Assembly (NCBI RefSeq): GCF_009914755.1
Contig: NC_060941.1
Length of the DNA: 64,000 nt
Reading direction: 5' to 3' (one strand)
DNA from: the human T2T-CHM13v2.0 reference genome, Homo sapiens
Shown: piece after piece, positions 55,466 to 64,000 of the stretch
Layout: each line of letters starts with the position of its first letter
Position numbering within the stretch: position 1 is the first letter of the stretch
The notes under the pieces: model-generated
The model's database searches: none
Seen by the model: the letters and a program-made list of their open reading frames with translations, nothing else
Told to the model about the DNA's origin: nothing
Translations under genes and position numbers: made by a program

Positions 55466-57335
55466 CTTGTCTCCCTCTCTGCTTCTCATTACTGCTCAAT
55501 TCTCCACTCTGTAGCTGGAGGGGTCTTCTTAAAGCATAACTACGATCATGTGAAACCCCCACCCTAAGGCCCTCTCCTGGCTTCCCCATTGCTCTTAGCA
55601 TACACATCCAAGTTGTTAAACATGGCTGTTTAATAATCATGCTTATTATCTGTGCTGGAGCCACACTGACTTTATATCAGGTCCCCTCTTTGCATAGGCT
55701 GCTATTGTTTCCTCCAATAAGCTCTCCAAATAAATAAGCCTTGCATAATACTGCTTAAAACCAAAGTTAAGTCCTGAACTCTGAACTAGGAAGGTCTCTT
55801 TTTAGTTCAGGATACTGTATGTCACTGATATAAAGCACTGTGTGGAGACAAGTCTCAGAGAAAAAGACGAGGCTGGCAGAATATAAGAGAAAGTGACGGA
55901 TGGAGGAACTGGATGCCTAAAAGCACTTCATTTCACTTTTCTAAATGTGCCCTGTCAAAATGAAGGGAGCAGACCCAGTAAGGCTGAAGTTAGTGGTTGC
56001 ACAATAAAGTAGAATATTTATCTTCGCTCTGGAGCTGCAGACCATTAGCATTAGAAAACACCACCAAGTCTGTCTCCTAACATGCCTGGGGCCCTCGGAA
56101 TGGGGAGGATCCTGATTTAATGAGCAAGTTACACCATCTGTCAACAGGACGGCTGAGAGGTAATTCAGCCAACAGCAGCTCCCAGAATTTAAGGAGCAAA
56201 ACACTTGTGTGCTATTTGTGTAAGACATGGCCCCTAGCTTCACGGTCAAGGAATCCTACGCACCCTAACTACTCAAGCTGGGAGTGAGGGGTGGTATCTG
56301 TGTGTCTTGCTCACAGTCCAGCCAGCTTCAGCTTTTTTGTGTGGGTGCTTGATGAGCTTTGCAGAAGGGAGACATCCAGCTAGAAATAGGGTCCTGGAGA
56401 GTTCCCTCTGCCCCCCTTTCTGAGCCTAATAATTTCTGGCAAGAGGCTACAACACGTATTAACATAAACAATATCACTGGCCAAAGTATTCACACTGTTA
56501 TGGATGGAAGGAAGGAGGTGACAGAAGAGAGTATATTTCATGTATATTCCTTGTGAGACACGATTTTGAAATGGAAATAATCTAAGAGAATAAATTTTGC
56601 ACCTAGATTAGTGAAAGCAACATGGAGTTGCTTTGGAAAATACCTCAGTTGTAAAATAATGTGATCTTTTACTAAATGAACTGGTAATTAATATCAAAAT
56701 GAGGAATTTTTTCCCTGTAAAAATTAGTCAACTTGGAAATCTATATAAATTCTTCTTCTGTATTTCTATAGCTCATTTTATAATACTTATTAAATTTTGA
56801 AGTTTACGGATGTGGGGATTTTTTTTTTTTCACACACACTTGTGAGTCCCTAGGCCAGAGCTTGGCACACAGGGAGGTAGGGTGGCAAAAGTGTATGGAC
56901 CCAAAAGTCAAATAACAGGAAATTCAAATCCCAGCTCTCTTACCTAGCAGTATGAATTTGGTCATATTTCCTAAGCCTCAGCTTCCTCATCTGCAGAATG
57001 GGGAGAACAACTATCCATTTCTCCAGGGTTGATGTGACAATTAAATGAAATAAATAATATAAAATATTACTATTATCTGTAACACACAGGAATCACTCAA
57101 TAAATATTGACTACTGTTAGATATTCAAGTGAAAATATTCATTTCAGCATAATGCTTTTATGCATAAATTGTTGTGAAATCATCTTGACATCCTAACTCC
57201 CATTGTTCAAAACAAACAATATAAATTTGGGTAGGATTTGATATGAAGAGACAACTGAAAATCAGTTAAATATAAGCCTGGTATCTATGAACTTCTTGAC
57301 TGTCAGCTTTGAGTCTTACTCTCTTATTCTCCTTT

Positions 57336-57417
57336 GAAGCTATAATATCTTTCACAGTGCTTGGCACTCAGCTCCAGAAGCTATAATATCTTTCACAGTG
57401 CTTGGCACTCAGCTCCA
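57336..57417. repeat. Perfect 41-bp tandem duplication
   Basis: gaagctataatatctttcacagtgcttggcactcagctcca x2. Confidence 0.95.
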
Positions 57418-57622
57418 GTAAATATTTATTTAATAAATGGAACATTTGTTGAATAAATCACGGGGTGAATAAAGTGGGTGAACAATCTGAACAATCACAA
57501 GCAATTTTACTTAGCTTGTTTACCCAACCTAGCTTTAGGAATCTATTAGAATGCTATCAAAAAGTAGAGAGCACTGGATGCGGGAAATATTAATAATTTT
57601 TCTAGCTTTCCTTCACCACAGC

Positions 57623-58630
57623 TGTGGTGGACATTTGTCATGCTCCCTGGACTGTCATCACATTCTGAATACCTATCCTATGTGCATCAGTTTCCCATTG
57701 CTGCTGTAACAAATTACTACACATTTAGTAGCTTAAAACAACACAAATGTATTATCTTACAGTTCTGGAGCTCAGAAATCTGAAATGAATCTTAAGGGGC
57801 TAAAATCAAGGTGTCAGCAGGCATGTGTTCTTTCTTGAGGCTCCAGGGAAGAATTAATTTCCTTGTCTTTTCCAGCTACTGGGGATCTTTTGCATTTCTG
57901 GTAACTCCCTTCCTTCCTCTTCAAAGCACATCAATCCAACCTCAGCTTCTGTTCTCACATCTTCTTTTTCTGACTCTGATCATTCTGCCCCTCTTTTATA
58001 ATGACTTTTGTGATTACATTTGGCCCACCCAGATAATCTAGGATAATCTCCCAATCTCAAGATCTTTAATCATGAATGCTAAATCCCTTTTACCATGTAA
58101 AATAAACATATTCATAGGTTCCTGGCATTAGAATTAGGACACAAACATCTTTGGGAGGCTATTCTTCAGCCAACTCACTATATTTGGAGTATTTCCTGCC
58201 TTTTGTATCCAGTCCCACCCAGGTAGAAACCTGTACTTTACTTTGGACAGGATGCAGGCATGTGACTGAACTTAGTCATTCAGATGCCTGAGATTATGGT
58301 TCTAAAGTGAACAGCATGAGCAAGCAGGTTTGATATCAAATCCATCTTCTGGTGAGGTTGGTAGCAGCAGTGTCCAGCTTTCTGGATACCAATGGTGTAT
58401 AGAGCTCAGTCCACACCAGTGATGAGATCTGGCTGTTTCTACACAGCAGTGGCAGGAGTCTTTTTTTAGAGCAATGCCATAATATACCCTTGTAAGTACA
58501 ATTTCCAATTACTATTTTTTGGCCTACCCTCAGACTCTGTGAGCACCTCAAGTGCTTTAATAAAAAATTTTTTCTGCTTATAGTAGTCCTGAAGGTTTCA
58601 TTATTTATAACTAAGGAACCCAGTGGACAC
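57623..58630 (+). mobile_element. Old ERVL LTR (LTR33/LTR41-like) split by MLT1D
   Basis: tgtggtggacatttgtca... resumes after 58180 ...gcaggcatgtgact...ctctgtgagc...ttaataaa..tttctgctta...aactaaggaacc..aca. Confidence 0.55.
57683..58178 (-). mobile_element. MLT1D MaLR LTR
   Basis: agtttcccattgctgctgtaacaaattac...cttacagttctggag...gggctaaaatcaaggtgtcagcagg...acatctttgggaggc. Confidence 0.85.
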
Positions 58631-60011
58631 AGCCTCCTGTGCTAGGTTGTAAGAAGCGCTTGCAGGGAGGCTGACGGAGTGCTCCTAGAAAATTGGAACA
58701 GCAGACAATCATTTGGGGCACCATTTAGGTGCCAAGTACTTAGTAAAAAAGGCCCTGAAGAAATGGAATGCAATCATTCAAACTAGGAGTTGGTAAATTG
58801 CGCTGTTCTTTATAATACCCGGTGTAGGGGGAGGAGAGAAAGAGAATATCCTATGGAGGTCTGTTCTGAGACTTTGATCTTCATCTCTTCTCAATATGAC
58901 AGACCAATTCAGATAGAATTCTGTTTGTGAAGGAACAGCAAGAGAGATTTTGATTACTGATTCTGGTCAGCATGGATGCACCCCTCAGTGATTTTCAAAG
59001 CACTTTATGGCCTTTAGTTGTTTACATTAAATTAAATAGTCTTGGATATCCATTAGTTTAGAAAGCAAAATTATATCTGGCTTAAAACTGCTTTTTGCCT
59101 ACTGCCTCATTCGCCTCTGCATTATCTAGAACTTGCTCACATATGGCTCTTACTTTATCCATCTGTAAGACAAGGTGATTTTTTTTTTTTTTTCGAAATA
59201 ATGCATTTCCATCCCTCTCTGTTCGGTGTCTTTTGCTTGCAGTTTGGAGAGCTTGGTTCAAATCCTAACTCTAGCAGTTAGTAGCTGGGTGACTTGAACT
59301 AGTTACTTAACCTCTCTGAGCTTCCTTTTTCTACAAAATGTTGATAATATACTCCCAAACAGACTTGTAGTGAAGATTGAATAAGTATGTGATATGGTGG
59401 CTGAGCTCAGACTCTGGATTCAGACAGGTCCACATTCAAATCTTAGCTTACATCTTAACAGCTGTGTGCTCCTCAGTGTTACCTGGGTGCCTGTCTCCTC
59501 TCAATAGAATCAGAGATGGATAAGAAGTCCCTCATAGGGTTAGAGATAAAATGAGATAATAAATGGACAGCACTTTGCACAGTGCCTGTTAGGTTCTAAT
59601 ATTATGAACAGTTAAGTGGCTGTTTGGAGTGGGTGTTTGGAGTGAATTAAGGAATTATCAAACGAAAGAATAAAATCAACTTCATGTTTTCAAACACCCC
59701 CACCACCACCTTCTCTCAACACGGTCTCTAGTGATCTGAAATCCTTTCTAAATAATTGTTTAAAAGTTGTTACCACTAACAGAGATCAGATCTGTGGTTG
59801 CCTGCACAAGGATTGGAGAGGGACTGACTACAAAGAAACATACAGAAATTTGGGGAGTGATAAAAATGTTCCACATCTTAGTTGCGGTGGTGGTTATAGG
59901 ACTATCTTTTTTACCCCAAACTCATCAAACCATATAATTAAAATGAGTGCATTTTATGTTTAATGTACTTCAATAAAAGTTTATATTAATTAATGTATTA
60001 TGCTTCTAGAG

Positions 60012-60366
60012 CAAGGGTTAGCAAACATTTTTCTGGGAAGGGACAGATAGAAAGTAATTTGAGCTTTGCCGGCCTTAGGCTCTGTTGCAGCTACTCAACT
60101 TTGCCCCTACGGTGTAAATGTAGCCATCGAAAATAGATACTAGACAGTACATAAATGAATGAGTGTGGTTGTTTTCAATCAAACACAATTCATGAACCAA
60201 AATTTGTTTTCATATAATTTTCATGTGTCATGAAATATATTATTTCCTCTTTTGATTTTTTTCCCCAACTATCTGAAAATGTAACAACCATTCTTAGCCC
60301 CTGGGCCTTACAAAGACAAGGCAGTAGGCTGGATTTGGTCAGTGGGCCACTGTTTGTCAGCCCCTG
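60012..60366. mobile_element. MER58B (hAT-Charlie)
   Basis: caagggttagcaaac...gtttgtcagcccctg; 8-bp TSD (t/c)tctagag at 60004-60011 and 60367-60374. Confidence 0.88.
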
Positions 60367-61214
60367 CTCTAGAGTTCCAAAGAGGCTTTGTTACGCAGCG
60401 TTATGAAATCTGCTTTAGGGACTTAGTGCAAATACCATGTCTAAGAGGACTGGGAGTCCAGCTCCTGTGAGCCCTGTAGGGTCTTTGCCAGAACCCACTC
60501 TCTCTGTGGCCAGCCTAAGCCGCTGCTTCTTGACTTCAATTTTGCCATCTGTGCAGAGAGGACAACAATCATCTCTCAGAGCCTGGTAAAGCTCATTCAG
60601 CTTGTTATTTGAGAGAAAATGCTCTACCAAGTGCAGAAGCTGATCATGGCCTGGGTTATGAGTCTGGCCTGTCTCAATCATCAGGGGGAAAGTTTGATTT
60701 CTCAGGTTGTCATTCCTAAAATTGCTTGTTCTCCAGGTGATGTTCTTATTTCTGAATATGGTCTGACCTTCATTCCCCAAAGAGAAGGGTTATGTTTTCA
60801 AAGAGCTGGCAGAAGAAGAGTACTCAGAAAGCTTGCTCCTTCCCTGCCGAACTGCCATCCCAGCACAAACCATGCCTTAGGGGAGGGTGACTTTCCCCCA
60901 TAATGTTTACCTGGATGGGACCAGAGCTACTCTAAGCTCCTCTGAGAGCAAAGGGAGCTTTATAAATGCAAACCAGCACAAACTGAGGTTTCTTGTTTTT
61001 GGTTTCTGACAGTAGAAGGTGCTTGAAGCATTACTTTGGGGTAGTAAAATGGCCAAGGTATCCACAAAAGTCAAGACAGTTCTGAGGTTCTTGAAGCTTC
61101 CGAGCTTTTAAAAATTGACTATTACATGTAAAATTCAATCAATCCCTTACTGAAGAAAAAATCATTATTCAGGTACCCAGTTTATCCTCCTACCTGTTGG
61201 AAGCATTTGATTCA

Positions 61215-61452
61215 ACTGTTTCTCAGAAATGTTTTTTTGTAAAGAGGCAGAGAATACATGTTTTAGGCTTTGCAGGCAGTATGGTCTCTGTTGCAACTAC
61301 TCAATGCTGCTGCTGTGATGTAAAAGAAGCCCTAGACAATACATCAATGAATGAGCATGACTGTGTCCCAGTACAACTTTGTTTTCTAAGTTGTAAACAA
61401 ACAGGTTGTGGGCTGGATTTAGTCCACAGGCTGTTGTTTGCTGAGCTCTGGT
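61215..61452. mobile_element. MER58A
   Basis: ttttaggctttgcaggc..tatggtctctgttgcaactactcaa...aatgaatgagcatgactgtgt...gggctggatttag. Confidence 0.8.
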
Positions 61453-62241
61453 CTGAGTTGTGTTATATCTAGAAGGGACTTGGTGGTTTAGGGAAGAGAA
61501 AAAAACCTAAATCAGCAGAGACTACTGGTGAGAATGTGGAAAAACCTATCATTACGGATTGGAGAGTAAAACCCAACCAATGAGCATGTTGCATTAGGAG
61601 TAGGATGGGGATACCCTAGATGAATCCTGGCCATGGTGAATTTTCCTGATGAAAGTAGAAAGGCAGCCAGTGGATGGGCAGCACCGGGGACAAGAAGAGC
61701 CGATGGGGCATTATGGGGAGATACTGCTGCTGGCTGGACTGCTCATAACAGTGTTCACAAAGAAGCCTCTGGTTGAACATGTGAGAACCTATGAGTAAGC
61801 CATGTAGGATTCAGGTGGGTCAAAATAAGGTAAAAACCACAGCATGAGCAAAAGCACAGGTAAGTGTCTGCAAGGTGCCTTCACAGAATCCTGAGTTGGA
61901 AATTGGAGCAAAGTTGGAAAGGTCAGTCTATGGCACATCATGGAAGACTTTAAAACATCACTTTCAACAGTGTGAACTCTTCATTTTTAAGAGTCAGTGA
62001 CAGGTACTGAAGGTTTCTGAGCTTGTAGTACCATATCCCCTACAAAGCAGCTAACTCAAATAGTCTTCCTCCTTTACAAAGAGACTATGGTTGGCTGCAT
62101 CTCACATGTTATGAATTTGATGCTAATACCAGATCACATTTATTAAGCCATTATTATGTGCCTGATAATACTGTACTAAATGCTTTACTTTCATATGTCA
62201 TTTAATAATGCTTATAAAAAATCACTGATGGGGTTATTTTT

Positions 62242-62508
62242 TTTGAAAATACTTGGAAAATGGTTTAATGATGTTTTACAACAGAAATGAACTGTACAGT
62301 TATGGTAAGTTTAATATATATATAAAATTACAGCAGACAAATGCATCTACACAAAATCTACCATTTCATTCTGATTCACTGTCACCTACACAATCTTTCC
62401 CAAGCCTACAACCCCTGCAGGCAGCCCTAGGAGGGGGAATCATCTAAAGGGCACATTGAGAGAGACAGCACCGCTCATATTCCTCACAACCTCCTCAGGC
62501 CTCAGGAG
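62242..62508 (-). pseudogene. 5'-truncated retrocopy of an unidentified transcript 3' end (or orphan L1 transduction) inside a MIR
   Basis: Perfect 17-bp TSD ctgatggggttattttt at 62225-62241 and 62509-62525; short T tail; minus-strand ATTAAA (62264-62269) about 19 nt from the tail; MIR sequence continues on both sides. Confidence 0.75.
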
Positions 62509-64000
62509 CTGATGGGGTTATTTTTATCTCCATTTTACAGATTAGAAAACTGAGATCCATAAGAAGTTAACTTACCCAAAGCCAACCAGCTTGTAAGAGG
62601 CAGAGTGTGGGTTTAAATGCAGCTCTTAATCATTCTCAACTCAAGCTATATGGCATCTCAGTGGATTTAAACATATTTCTGCATTTTAATAGTTAAATAA
62701 AATACTTTTAACATCATTTCTAAATTGTTTCTCCAGTGTTCCCTCTCCTCAAAGATCTCCAATACTATAATTACATTTGTCATCCTTTTATCTTCCTATG
62801 AATTATTTTTTAAGATCACCAGATTAATAATAAAATATTTGTAAATTTAAATTTTGTTCAAATTTAATACAATCCCAGTGCACTGCTTTAGTATTAAATC
62901 TTGATTTCCATCAATGACATATCTATCCATCTATGTATATAATTATTTTCACATTATTTGGGCTATATTTTAGGAGGATGTTGCTTTAATGAACACAAAC
63001 CATATATTTATCTGACATGAATTTTTGGCCACACACAATAATGTGATATAATTTTAAATAAGTAAAAAATGCTTATATAAGTAAAAGCTTAGAAAGAAAC
63101 AAACCAGAATATTAATAATAGTTGTATTATGGTTATGTGATTATAAGTGATCTGTTTTTTCTCTTTTTTCCCAATTATTTTAAATTGGATTATGTTAGTG
63201 TTAAATTTTTAAAATATAATCATGTGAAAAATGTTCTTTTTAAAAAAAGAGAAGTTATAAAATAATCCAGTGGGAACTAATCAGCAACTAATGAAATAAT
63301 GCCCAAATGCAAAAAGTGATGATGTTCCATGAAGGTTCCATGTACTTAAAGCTACTGGATCTCATTAAATCACTGGGACCTAAAATCAGGCTGGCTGGGG
63401 TGGGTCTACACTCAGCTTCTCTAAGTACAATCAATTTAAGAGAAACAGGAGTAGGGGTTTAGTGGATTAGTCACAGCAGGCCATTAATCTCTGCATTCTC
63501 AGTTGTAATCCAGCCTCTACCAACGAGCTTGGAGGAAAAAAATCCCACAAAAAAACCAAACACTGGGAAAAGCTCTAAAGCAGGCTCCCTAGAGACAGAC
63601 ATACTCAGGTCACAGTTTGCTTGTCTTTACTTAACATCAATACAGTATTTATCATCTGTCCTATTTCTTGTTGGTTTCCCTTTTATGCCTTTTGCTGAAA
63701 TGCTCAGATCAGATATATTTGAAAAGGAACCATACTGCAATCTCAGGAATAGCTCAGCATTTAATTATCATTTAAAGAAATCCTTCTCTCAAGTGAATAT
63801 GAAACAAATCAAAGCTATGTTTTCATGTTGAGAATAGGTTGAAAAAAACATGGGTAAGGTTACCACAAACACAAATTAGTGCTTGGGGAAGCAGGTAAGT
63901 CTGAACAATGAAAAGGGAATAGAGTAGCCAAATTTCAGTAAAAATGAGTGACAGTTTCAAAAATTGCAGGGTAAATAGTGTATCTTTTATCATAAATGGA

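Noticed and set aside
59178-59193. Poly-T tract (also ~56818, and A-tracts at ~31910 and ~41129) as possible retrocopy tails
   Set aside because: No flanking target-site duplication found by eye.
61857-61865. Perfect splice donors CAG|GTAAGT (also ~63892)
   Set aside because: No convincing paired acceptor or exon; the first lies in L2-like sequence; expected by chance.

Overview
Human genomic DNA (identified by a human-specific AluYa5). It is non-coding and dominated by interspersed repeats; I found no credible protein-coding exon, and the long ORFs I could interpret derive from Alu, L1, LTR or microsatellite sequence. Main contents: eight Alu elements, many L1/L2/MIR fragments, DNA-transposon MITEs (MADE1, MER6B, MER44, MER5, MER58, MER96), several solo LTRs (MER50, LTR47-like, MLT1, MER57-group, ERVL) and one ~6 kb two-LTR non-coding MER61-type provirus (34684-40695) with a tRNA-Ile primer-binding site and p53 response elements. 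Two hidden retrotransposition products stand out. (1) A ~1.09 kb insertion at 50829-51916 is bounded by a 17-bp TSD and combines ~670 bp of non-repeat polyadenylated sequence with an inverted L1PA3-like 3' end, which fits a twin-primed L1 3' transduction. (2) A 267-bp polyadenylated non-repeat fragment at 62242-62508 sits in a MIR with a perfect 17-bp TSD (truncated retrocopy or orphan transduction). There is also a strong CTCF motif at ~26590. Repeat family names come from recalled consensus sequences, not a database search.
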